Shown here piece after piece: positions 25,760 to 33,798 of a DNA stretch of 37,314 nt (the stretch's first letter is position 1; the number at the start of each line of letters is the position of its first letter). The position numbers and the translations under genes were made by a program. Origin of the DNA: an uncultured Candidatus Saccharibacteria bacterium (lineage in GTDB: Bacteria; Patescibacteriota; Saccharimonadia; Saccharimonadales; Saccharimonadaceae). Where the stretch lies: the NCBI GenBank assembly GCA_963532505.1, contig CAUSLX010000001.1, positions 1 to 37,314 of the forward strand, read 5' to 3'. The notes beneath the pieces are model-generated. The model worked only from the letters and a program-made list of their open reading frames with translations. It ran no database searches and was not told the DNA's origin.

Positions 25760-26803
25760 CTATTTTCGAAGCCCTACAGCTTTTTGAACGCGATACAAAG
25801 TTTCATTAGCGACGACATTCATGTCTTTTTCACTAGAAGCCAGCTTTTCTTCAATTGCTTGCTCATCAGCCGCCGCAAGCCGATTCTGGAAATTCTCCAA
25901 AAATTCCGCGACTTCGTCAGCCACGATTCGCTTGAAATCACCATAACGATCCATACCGAAGTACTCGTTGGCGGTCTGCTCCAGAGTAACTTCCTTGCCA
26001 GCATCTTGTCGAACCAAAGTCAAAATTTCCAGCAAATTAGAAATTCCCGGTTGATTTTCCTTGTCATATTGAACTTTGCCAATTGAATCTGTTGTTGCAC
26101 TCATTATTTTTTTATGTGCCGATTTTGGATCGTCAGAAAGGAAAATAACTCCCTTACCACTCTCGTCAGATTTGCTCATTTTCTTCGCTGGATTCACGAG
26201 ATCTTTAATCCTCAATCCTTGGCCTTTTCCGAAGAATTGATGCTGCTGAATTACGGGTTTCGGCACGATAAATAGATCGCCAAACTTACGGTTCATTCGC
26301 TCGGCAATATCACGAGTGAGCTCCAAATGCTGAGTCTGGTCGTCGCCAACTGGCACGTAAGTCGCGCCGTAAAGTAGAATGTCGGCAGCCATCAGGACGG
26401 GATAGTTAAATAGTCCGACAGAAGCGTCGCCTTTACTTCCCTTGTCCTTAAACTGTGTCATTCGGCTCATCTCGCCAAATCCAGTAAAGCAATCCAGAAT
26501 CCACGCCAGTTCACTGTGCGCCGGGACGTAGCTTTGGCGGTAAAGATGAACGGAAGGGTTGTCCAGCGGCAATCCGGCGGCAGTATAAATTCGCGCGTTG
26601 TTCAGGGTGCTGTCGTATAGCTTACCGTGGTCGATTGGCGTAGTAAAACTGTGAAGGTCTGGGATGAATAGATTGATATCGTATTCGTCCGAGCGACGTT
26701 TCGCCATGTTGATAATTGGCAAAATAGCCCCAAAGTAATTACCTATGTGGATGTTGTTGTTGGCGCGCACGCCAGTGAGAATGACGGGTTTAGTTGGTTT
26801 CAT
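25760..26803 (-). CDS. trpS: Tryptophan-tRNA ligase
   Basis: HIGN, YPVLMAADIL, VPVGDDQTQH, KMSKS. Start is 26803 or 26812. Confidence 0.98.
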   Translation of the reverse strand: MKPTKPVILTGVRANNNIHIGNYFGAILPIINMAKRRSDEYDINLFIPDLHSFTTPIDHGKLYDSTLNNARIYTAAGLPLDNPSVHLYRQSYVPAHSELAWILDCFTGFGEMSRMTQFKDKGSKGDASVGLFNYPVLMAADILLYGATYVPVGDDQTQHLELTRDIAERMNRKFGDLFIVPKPVIQQHQFFGKGQGLRIKDLVNPAKKMSKSDESGKGVIFLSDDPKSAHKKIMSATTDSIGKVQYDKENQPGISNLLEILTLVRQDAGKEVTLEQTANEYFGMDRYGDFKRIVADEVAEFLENFQNRLAAADEQAIEEKLASSEKDMNVVANETLYRVQKAVGLRK

Positions 26804-26811
26804 TGTATACA

Positions 26812-27519
26812 TTATAGCACTCCTTTGGTTGTTAAGTAACGTAATAAAATGTTCATTGGGTCAATGGTGTTTGGTTTTTCGGCGAAGGCGCAGGATAATT
26901 CGGTGCAGCCTAATAATACTGGCGGACTGCTGGGGTAATTATTGATATAGTTTACTGCGTTCGCCTGCTCGTACTGGGTTGTTATTGGTATTTTATCCAG
27001 CGCCGCCTGAGATATTGTTTGCCCAGAAATTACTGCGCGAATTATCACTTCCAGTGCTTGTTCTTCGTCCTTATCCGGCGTTAATACGGTTACTCCGGCG
27101 GCTTTCAACGGCTTATCATATAGTCCAGTGCGGATGGTTGTCGGCGATGCTAGCAGCCTAATTGTTTTATAATGACGGCTAACATAATCAATTACGGCAT
27201 CTACCATGGAAGTTATGCGAATATTCAGCCGCTGTTCAATATCGGGCTGCAACAAATGCGCAGTATTGCAGGCAATTATGATAACGTCGTCCATCGACGC
27301 GTCAATATTTTTCAGCTCGTTTATGATAATTTCCAAGGCTTCGCTGCGTCGCGATTCGTTGGTGATAAAATCAGGAACCGGCAGCGACAAATGAACTATA
27401 TGCGGAAAATCCATGCCATCCTTTGCGCCGTCTGCCAGCGCCTGCTGAATCATCCGCCGGTGTAGCTCCAAGCTTGCCTGCGGCCCCATGCCGCCGATGA
27501 TAATTATTCTTTGCTTCAT
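26812..27519 (-). CDS. PLP-independent aspartate/glutamate racemase family protein
   Basis: IGGMGP, IACNTAH and LGCTEL (both catalytic Cys present); AAGGAGG RBS. Confidence 0.92.
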   Translation of the reverse strand: MKQRIIIIGGMGPQASLELHRRMIQQALADGAKDGMDFPHIVHLSLPVPDFITNESRRSEALEIIINELKNIDASMDDVIIIACNTAHLLQPDIEQRLNIRITSMVDAVIDYVSRHYKTIRLLASPTTIRTGLYDKPLKAAGVTVLTPDKDEEQALEVIIRAVISGQTISQAALDKIPITTQYEQANAVNYINNYPSSPPVLLGCTELSCAFAEKPNTIDPMNILLRYLTTKGVL

Positions 27520-27540
27520 AATTCCTCCTTTGGGTTATAT

Positions 27541-27563
27541 AAAAAAGACCGCGCGCGGCCTCT
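27541..27563 (-). terminator. Attenuator terminator (3:4 hairpin) in the racemase-trpS leader
   Basis: AGAGGCCG-CGCG-CGGUC followed by UUUUUU, just upstream of the racemase RBS. Confidence 0.75.
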
Positions 27564-27591
27564 AGTCATGGTTGGTATTTTCAGAAGAAAT

Positions 27592-27669
27592 TTACGAACA
27601 ATTCAACAAGCCGCGGCGAAAACGCGTGCTTTGCCAGGCGGTGCTGATGAATTGCCTTTTTATAGTCAT
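27592..27669 (-). CDS. Putative attenuator leader peptide MTIKRQFISTAWQSTRFRRGLLNCS
   Basis: 25-codon ORF starting 6 nt after a TATAAT; single TGG at 27634-27636 inside a hairpin that competes with an antiterminator. Confidence 0.7.
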   Translation of the reverse strand: MTIKRQFISTAWQSTRFRRGLLNCS

Positions 27670-27675
27670 GGGGTG

Positions 27676-27704
27676 ATTATAACGCTAATTGCTAAAATTC
27701 GCAA
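27676..27704 (-). promoter_or_regulatory. Sigma70 promoter of the leader-racemase-trpS unit
   Basis: TTGCGA-N17-TATAAT. Confidence 0.8.
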
Positions 27705-27709
27705 ACGTT

Positions 27710-27934
27710 CTATAAAACAGCTCGCTTGGATATGCGCCAAACCCATAAAATGATGTAAATAGATAAACCGATTGAGAATAAGAGAGATAGGACGGCCATC
27801 GGATTTGCTTTCCATAATATTGTCCATGTTGGCGACGAAATGATAAATTCTACCATCGCTAAGAACCCGATTTTAGTATAAATATGCAGCGATTCAGCCA
27901 GACAAACAGCGAAACCGATTACCATACCGAACAC
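27710..27934 (-). CDS. Small membrane protein or 5'-truncated remnant
   Basis: Hydrophobic 74-aa ORF. The frame continues upstream (EERPPLLNIILLIVAS) to a TAG without a canonical start or RBS. Confidence 0.4.
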   Translation of the reverse strand: MFGMVIGFAVCLAESLHIYTKIGFLAMVEFIISSPTWTILWKANPMAVLSLLFSIGLSIYIILWVWRISKRAVL

Positions 27935-27987
27935 AGAGGCTACGATTAGTAAAATGATATTAAGGAGCGGCGGTCTTTCTTCCTAGC

Positions 27988-28293
27988 TCAGCTTAGTTGT
28001 TGCTTTATAATCTTTAAAGATTTTTTATATGTAGACGCTATATCATTTTCTATCTTTCGTATGGTTGATACATCACTGGCTTGGGACGTTGCTATGCCAT
28101 CAAAGTTACTTGCTAAATCATCCCAATCAATTGTTGGATAGTCAACTTTATCGCAGTCAGTCAATCTCGCCATTGCAAAACACAATACATCAAGCGACAC
28201 AGCCGTCCCGATTTTGTCTTGCGAATCTCGATAGAGATCAATGATTTCGCGAGCAATGATAGCCTGTTGTACGCGGTTATTATCAGCTTTCAT
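27988..28293 (-). CDS. Hypothetical helical protein
   Basis: 101-aa ORF with ATGA overlap to the HAM1-like gene. Confidence 0.65.
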   Translation of the reverse strand: MKADNNRVQQAIIAREIIDLYRDSQDKIGTAVSLDVLCFAMARLTDCDKVDYPTIDWDDLASNFDGIATSQASDVSTIRKIENDIASTYKKSLKIIKQQLS

Positions 28294-28880
28294 GCATCTA
28301 TTAAATAATCCCTTAACATCGCGAGCCCATCAACTTTCTCAATTATCGTCAGATATTCCTGCCATTCTTCGTCGTTCAGCTCTGCCAAACTGCGGCCAGG
28401 AAAGCTCGGGTGTCCATAAATATATAACAATTCCGTCCAGCCATGGAGATTATCGCCACGTGGCTCGTCAACGATAAATCCCTCTTCGTTGGCTACGAAA
28501 ATGTAGTCTTTTTCGCCGTCAAAATAGCCAACCGCAAAAGAAAAAATAGCTCGACGATCAGTCTCACCCTTCATTAACTTGATAATACCGGGATAGCTAA
28601 AGCTATTCAGTAGCAATTTAACAAACGGCCCCGGAAATCCTTTCAGCGCCGGGATGAAGAAGCCGCGATCATCAACGACCAGACGCTTGTCTGGGAAGGC
28701 TTTCTTGGCTTGAGATAATTTACTTTTTGCAATCGTTTGAATATCTAGTCCGCGCCCTTCGTCAAAATCATAATCGAGCTGCCTTAAATCAACACCGAGC
28801 GGCTGAAGGAGTTCTTGAAGACTGGTGAATTTGCTGTGATTGGAAGTGATGAAATAAATTGGGCTATTTTCTTGTTTCAT
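28290..28880 (-). CDS. HAM1/RdgB-like non-canonical purine NTP pyrophosphatase (divergent)
   Basis: FITSNHSK, IAKSK, VVDDRGFFIPALKGFPGPFVK, EEGFI..PRG. Confidence 0.85.
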   Translation of the reverse strand: MKQENSPIYFITSNHSKFTSLQELLQPLGVDLRQLDYDFDEGRGLDIQTIAKSKLSQAKKAFPDKRLVVDDRGFFIPALKGFPGPFVKLLLNSFSYPGIIKLMKGETDRRAIFSFAVGYFDGEKDYIFVANEEGFIVDEPRGDNLHGWTELLYIYGHPSFPGRSLAELNDEEWQEYLTIIEKVDGLAMLRDYLIDA

Positions 28881-28956
28881 ATTGATAAGTATACGCTAAC
28901 TAACGTTATTTTGCAGATTTTTAATGCTTGTGTCGTACGGAATATGAATGAGGAGA

Positions 28957-29478
28957 TTAGCCGCCATTTTTCCACTGCCTGGCACGTTGCAATAACTTAT
29001 CGACATAAGCTGCCTTAAGTTTTTTATACGCTGACCTGTCGTAATTTGCTTGCTTGGCATATTGATATTTTATCTTTGAATATTGATCAGCTTCGTCATT
29101 GTGAGACCTTAGATAATCTCTGATAATTAAGAAGTTATCGTGCGTTTCAGTATTCGCGACCGCGAGGTGAATATGAATATCGCCCTCGCCAGTTTCTTCT
29201 TGTCGGGACGCCAGGAAGATATACCCTTGACGGGAACTTGGATTTAATGAGGGAAAATATCCAATTGCTACCAATTTGTCTCGCAGCTCGTTCATGTGTT
29301 CGCTATCTTTAGCAGAAATAAGAATATCTAGGATATTTTTACCATCCAAACCAAGTACCGCGGTACTGCCGACATGATGAATTTGCGAACTATCCGCAAG
29401 CACTAGCGCTAATTTATTTTTCACGCGTGTAAAGGCAGCCGATATGTCTTTTTTGGATCTTTTAATTTCAACCGACAT
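28957..29478 (-). CDS. GrpB/UPF0157 nucleotidyltransferase-fold protein
   Basis: HVGSTAV.GL.GK.ILDI, HIH, RDYLR...Y..IK...Y...K. Confidence 0.9.
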   Translation of the reverse strand: MSVEIKRSKKDISAAFTRVKNKLALVLADSSQIHHVGSTAVLGLDGKNILDILISAKDSEHMNELRDKLVAIGYFPSLNPSSRQGYIFLASRQEETGEGDIHIHLAVANTETHDNFLIIRDYLRSHNDEADQYSKIKYQYAKQANYDRSAYKKLKAAYVDKLLQRARQWKNGG

Positions 29479-29496
29479 AAGACCTTCTAAATTTAA

Positions 29497-30081
29497 TCAA
29501 GTATCTGTTTTTAGATACAGATTTTTATTTCTAATGCTTGTGTCGTACGGAATTTTCCATAATTTGCCGTCGATATCCAGGTTTTTCAGAAAATTGCACA
29601 TTTGCTGCTGAATGTTTTTTACGTCGGCACTGTCTTCGGTCAAAACTTCCAGTTCAATAAATAGTCCTAGTCCAGCGACCTCGTCGATGCAAATCGTATA
29701 CTTCTCGGTCTTTGACTCAAGGCGGATTTTATCAACCGTAACGATTTCTTGCCAGCCCAGCGCTGCGAGCATTTGGCGCGCCGCATTTCCGTCGCTAACT
29801 ACAAATTCATATTCATTAGACACTAGCTTTATCTGCCCCTCGACCTTCAGTGTCATCAGGCTCCGTTGCAACTCGCTAGTTTCCGGATTAAGAACGTCGC
29901 GCACTCGCATAATCTTTGAGCCAGGAACAATTGGTGCGTCAACTTGCTCGGGCAATAAAAATACTGTATCAATTTGGCGTTTGCTTGAGATGGGCGCTAT
30001 GAATTGGATTTTTAGTGCGGCGATGAGATTATCGCGAGTAATATCAGACGCTAATTTGAATTTAGATTCGATTTCGATCAT
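29497..30081 (-). CDS. cyaB: CYTH-domain protein (class IV adenylate cyclase-like)
   Basis: EIESK (ExExK), MRVR, EYE, VDKIR, ICIDEV.GLG.FIELE, PY. Confidence 0.88.
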   Translation of the reverse strand: MIEIESKFKLASDITRDNLIAALKIQFIAPISSKRQIDTVFLLPEQVDAPIVPGSKIMRVRDVLNPETSELQRSLMTLKVEGQIKLVSNEYEFVVSDGNAARQMLAALGWQEIVTVDKIRLESKTEKYTICIDEVAGLGLFIELEVLTEDSADVKNIQQQMCNFLKNLDIDGKLWKIPYDTSIRNKNLYLKTDT

Positions 30082-30941
30082 AAGCTTCCTCGTTTGGACT
30101 TTGCTATAAGATGACTCATTTTTGGTGAATATTTTCCCGCCAAATAATCTTTCATAATTTCCGACAACTTCTTCGCATATTTATCGGTTATTTCGTGCCG
30201 CTGAGTTGCCATTGACGTATGAGTGATATTGTTATGATCTTTTGCTAATTTCTTCAGGTTTCTCTCTACAATCAGTGGGTCGAGTTTTCCAGACAAAATA
30301 GCAATCGGAAGAGTGAGCTTAGTGATGTCATTCATTGTCGTCTGATTGATAATCGCGGTGTTCAAGGCTGTCAAGAAGGATTCGGCGGTAACTTCATCGG
30401 CCTTAAATCCAGCGTCAGGCCAAATGTTGTGCCGATCGGCGAATTGCAAAAAGCGTTTCGAACTGCGCGGATGACTATTGAAAAACTCATAAAGCGCACG
30501 CAAAATTTTTTCTGGATGATGGATTTTTTCGTCGACCCTCGGATAATATATTGGCGGACTACACAAAATAAGCGACTTACTTAACTTCGGATATTGCTTG
30601 GCGAGCTCTACGGCAGCCAGCGACCCCATAGAATGACCGATGACAATATCAACGTGATTTATAAATTCCCTACGCAAAGTGGCGACGATGCTTGCGGCTT
30701 GGTCGTGGGCGTTATAGGACTTCCAATCAGGCTTGGGCGAATTACCAAATCCCAGCATGTCAATTGCTATAACTCGCGCATCCTTAGGTAAATACGGCTC
30801 CAGCGGTATCCATGTTCGCCACGAAGCTCCCAGTCCATGAATAAGTAAGATTGTCGCTTTCGGTTTTTCCGGACGAGAAAAATAATGCACGTTCAATGCA
30901 TATGGAATCCGCAACCAGTGATGGATAATCTTGTCCAACAT
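30078..30941 (-). CDS. Alpha/beta hydrolase
   Basis: LIHGLG, DMLGFGNS, GHSMG nucleophile elbow, GKLDP, C-terminal His. Confidence 0.92.
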   Translation of the reverse strand: MLDKIIHHWLRIPYALNVHYFSRPEKPKATILLIHGLGASWRTWIPLEPYLPKDARVIAIDMLGFGNSPKPDWKSYNAHDQAASIVATLRREFINHVDIVIGHSMGSLAAVELAKQYPKLSKSLILCSPPIYYPRVDEKIHHPEKILRALYEFFNSHPRSSKRFLQFADRHNIWPDAGFKADEVTAESFLTALNTAIINQTTMNDITKLTLPIAILSGKLDPLIVERNLKKLAKDHNNITHTSMATQRHEITDKYAKKLSEIMKDYLAGKYSPKMSHLIAKSKRGSL

Positions 30942-30958
30942 ATTTTTAGTATACTATG

Positions 30959-30993
30959 AAAATACTCCGCCTGCATGTGAAACGGAGTATTTT
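30959..30993. terminator. Terminator after rpsI
   Basis: AAAATACTCCG-loop-CGGAGTATTTT. Confidence 0.85.
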
Positions 30994-31011
30994 GTGATAG
31001 CCTTTTCTGTA

Positions 31012-31407
31012 CTAACGCTTAGAGAATTGTTCGCGCTTACGAGCAGAACGAAGACCGTACTTCTTGCGCTCTTTCTCGCGTGGGTCACGTTTCAATAGCT
31101 CAGCCTTCTTCAGAACTGGACGCAGGTCAGCGTGAGCAGCTGTCAAAGCTTTTGCGATGCCAAGCTTGATAGCGTCAACTTGACCAGCCAGACCGCCACC
31201 TTTAACTAGAATAGTAACGTCGAATTCTTTTTGCTTGCTGACGATAGCAAGTGGATCGGTTACTTCTGCTAGTAAGGTTTTGTTGCCATCCAGGTATTCA
31301 GCGGCAGGTTTGCCGTTGATAGTGATAGTGCCTTTTCCAGGAAACAATCGAACGCTTGCTGAAGCACTTTTGCGTCGACCTAAGCCGTAGAAATAAGTAT
31401 CAGCCAT
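31012..31407 (-). CDS. rpsI: 30S ribosomal protein S9
   Basis: GRRKSA, GGGLAGQ, ERKKYGL..ARK..QFSKR. Confidence 0.99.
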   Translation of the reverse strand: MADTYFYGLGRRKSASASVRLFPGKGTITINGKPAAEYLDGNKTLLAEVTDPLAIVSKQKEFDVTILVKGGGLAGQVDAIKLGIAKALTAAHADLRPVLKKAELLKRDPREKERKKYGLRSARKREQFSKR

Positions 31408-31408
31408 A

Positions 31409-31840
31409 TTACTTCACCTCAACTTTCTCTGGTGTTTGTGCTGTGTGAGCGTGGTCGCTGCCAGCAAAAATGCGTAGACGCTTTAGGCGCTCTGCTTGCA
31501 ATTTGTTCTTTGGCAACATACCTTTAACAGCTTCTTCAATAATTCGCTCTGGGTGGCGTTCGCGCATTTCTTTGAATTGCGTTTCCTTAATTCCACCTGG
31601 GAAACCACTGTGGCGATAGTAATACTTATCAGTTTCCTTGTATCCAGTAACGACTGTTTGCGCAGCATTGATAACAACTACGTAGTCGCCACCGTCAATA
31701 TGAGGAGTGTAAGTTGGCTTGTATTTACCAGTCAAATGCTTGGCAATTTCTGTAGCCAAACGTCCAAGTGGTAATTCGCTAGCGTCAAACAATACCCAAC
31801 GGCGAGAAACTTCAGATGGTTTTTGTGAATAAGTCTTCAT
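31409..31840 (-). CDS. rplM: 50S ribosomal protein L13
   Basis: LGRLA, KPTYTPHIDGGDYVVVINA, GMLPKN. True start is ATG at 31840 (MKTYSQK). Confidence 0.99.
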   Translation of the reverse strand: MKTYSQKPSEVSRRWVLFDASELPLGRLATEIAKHLTGKYKPTYTPHIDGGDYVVVINAAQTVVTGYKETDKYYYRHSGFPGGIKETQFKEMRERHPERIIEEAVKGMLPKNKLQAERLKRLRIFAGSDHAHTAQTPEKVEVK

Positions 31841-31841
31841 C

Positions 31842-32228
31842 TTATTTTCCTTCCTTTGGCATTGGTTTAATATCGTCAACAAACTCGATGATTGCCATTT
31901 GAGCGCCGTCGCCGACTCGCAAGCGTGTTCGCTCAACGCGAACGTGTCCGCTGGTTCGACCACTTAGCTGTGGCGCGATTTCATCAACTAGTTTATAAGC
32001 GGCAGCGCGTGTGCTTAATGCTGCAATCACCTGACGTCGGCTAGCTAGGTCACCCTTTTTAGCCTTGGTGATGATTTTTTCAATGTGACGCTGTAGTTCC
32101 TTAGCCTTTGGCAAGGTGGTCTCGATTTTTCCGTACTCAACCAAGCTGGTAGCCAGACCTTTGAGTAGGGCTCGTCGCTGATCACGCTCGCGGCCGAACT
32201 TGCGCCCTTGATATCCGTGTCTATGCAT
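31842..32228 (-). CDS. rplQ: 50S ribosomal protein L17
   Basis: RKFGR, IETTLPKAKE, R.GDGAQMA. Confidence 0.99.
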   Translation of the reverse strand: MHRHGYQGRKFGRERDQRRALLKGLATSLVEYGKIETTLPKAKELQRHIEKIITKAKKGDLASRRQVIAALSTRAAAYKLVDEIAPQLSGRTSGHVRVERTRLRVGDGAQMAIIEFVDDIKPMPKEGK

Positions 32229-32230
32229 AG

Positions 32231-33154
32231 TTAAAACTCCAACTCCGCCATCTTGTCACGTACTTCGTCTAGTGCCTTTGAACCGAAACCTTTCAATTCT
32301 CGCAAATCTTGCTCAGTCAAAGTTACCAAATCGCGAATAGTGCGGATTTCATTGTTAATTAGCGCGTTCGTCGTGCGGGCGCTTAAGTTTAGCTCTTCGA
32401 TTGGCATTGCTAGCTCTGACTCTTCGTCTTCCTTAGCTGCGCCAAGTGCTGGTGCGCCAGTTACCATCGTATTGCCAGCCAAAGCTGTGTATTGGTTGAC
32501 AAGAATCGCTGCTGCTTCTTCGAACGCCTCACGAGGTGTGATTGTGCCGTTAGTTTCAATAGTGATTGCCAATTTGTCCAAGTTTGTCTCCTGGCCAACA
32601 CGAGTTGAGTCGACTTTGTAGCGAACGCGTAGAACTGGTGAGTACATTGCATCAATAGCAATCATGTCGCTGTGCAAACGCTTTTCGCTTGACTCTTCAA
32701 TTGTCTGGTAACCGCAGCCTGCCTCAACTACCAAATCCATGACCAAATGCTTGTTTGGGTCGTCGATTGTAGCAATTACTTGCTCTGGGTTAACGACTTC
32801 AACGTCAGCATTAGTTTTAATGTCAGCGGCAGTTACTTCGCCAGCGCCAGTTTTCTCAATGCGCAGTTCAACTGGATCGTCAGTAAATACGCGTAGGTGA
32901 ACGTTTTTCAAGTTCAACATAATGTCGACAACATCTTCTTTGATGCCTTCAACAGTAGTAAACTCGTGAGTTGCGCCCTCAATCCTGAAAGCTACAACTG
33001 CGCCACCGCGAACGCTTGACAATAGAACGCGTCGCAATGAGTTACCAAGAGTATTACCGTAGCCTGGGTGAAGTGGCTCGATTAGAAAAGTAGCACTGGT
33101 TGCTGAAATATCATCAACGCTCGCGAGTGCTGGATTGTAAATTGCTTTTGCCAT
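32231..33154 (-). CDS. rpoA: RNA polymerase subunit alpha
   Basis: EPLHPGYGNTLGNSLRRVLLSS, HEF, CTD IEELNLSAR..N.L, FGSKAL.E. Confidence 0.99.
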   Translation of the reverse strand: MAKAIYNPALASVDDISATSATFLIEPLHPGYGNTLGNSLRRVLLSSVRGGAVVAFRIEGATHEFTTVEGIKEDVVDIMLNLKNVHLRVFTDDPVELRIEKTGAGEVTAADIKTNADVEVVNPEQVIATIDDPNKHLVMDLVVEAGCGYQTIEESSEKRLHSDMIAIDAMYSPVLRVRYKVDSTRVGQETNLDKLAITIETNGTITPREAFEEAAAILVNQYTALAGNTMVTGAPALGAAKEDEESELAMPIEELNLSARTTNALINNEIRTIRDLVTLTEQDLRELKGFGSKALDEVRDKMAELEF

Positions 33155-33175
33155 AATTCTTCCCTAACCCTTCTT

Positions 33176-33796
33176 TTATCGTGAGTAATACTCAACAATT
33201 AATTGCTCGTTGATGTCAGCTTCTGCTTCCTCGCGCTTTGGCAAACCAGTTACTTCAATCTTCAGCTTCTTACTATCAGCTTTTAGCCAACTTAGTGGGC
33301 CTTGGACTGAATTGTTGATTACATCGTCAATTCGTGTAAAGTACTCTGACTTAGTACTCTTTGGACGAACCGTGATAACATCGCCGGCTTTAACACGAAT
33401 CGATGGAATATCGACGCGTCGGCCGTTCAATTCAAAGTGTCCGTGGCTAACTAGTTGACGAGCTGCGCGGCGTGATACGGCAAATCCAGAACGATAAACA
33501 ACGTTATCCAAACGGCGCTCTAATAGCTTCAACAAGTTTTCGCCGGCCAAACCTTCTTGAGCGCGTGTTGCTTCGTCCATCAAGCGAGCAAACTGCTTCT
33601 CGACTAGACCGTACAAGCGACGAACCTTCTGCTTTTCACGAAGCTGTGTAGCGTATAGACTTGGCTTGTTTTGACGACCATGTGCGTGCTGGCCTGGAAT
33701 GCCAGATTTTTTCGCCAAAATTTTATGTGCTTTTGGATGAAGCGCATAACCTTCGCGGCGGCTTTGCTTGACAATTGGTGAATTATCTCGTGCCAT
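33176..33796 (-). CDS. rpsD: 30S ribosomal protein S4
   Basis: QLREKQK, LERRLDNVVYR, ARQLVSHGH, LIVEYYSR. Confidence 0.99.
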   Translation of the reverse strand: MARDNSPIVKQSRREGYALHPKAHKILAKKSGIPGQHAHGRQNKPSLYATQLREKQKVRRLYGLVEKQFARLMDEATRAQEGLAGENLLKLLERRLDNVVYRSGFAVSRRAARQLVSHGHFELNGRRVDIPSIRVKAGDVITVRPKSTKSEYFTRIDDVINNSVQGPLSWLKADSKKLKIEVTGLPKREEAEADINEQLIVEYYSR

Positions 33797-33798
33797 AA

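Noticed and set aside
27520..27704. T-box riboswitch upstream of trpS
   Set aside because: No AGGUGGUACC-type T-box sequence or stem I recognised; the leader-peptide model fits better.
27511..27753. 80-aa plus-strand ORF over the racemase leader
   Set aside because: Antisense to a clear promoter-leader-terminator arrangement; no RBS.
31841..31963. 41-aa N-terminal extension of L13 in the ORF track
   Set aside because: Overlaps rplQ; the canonical start at 31840 has AAGGAAGGA upstream.
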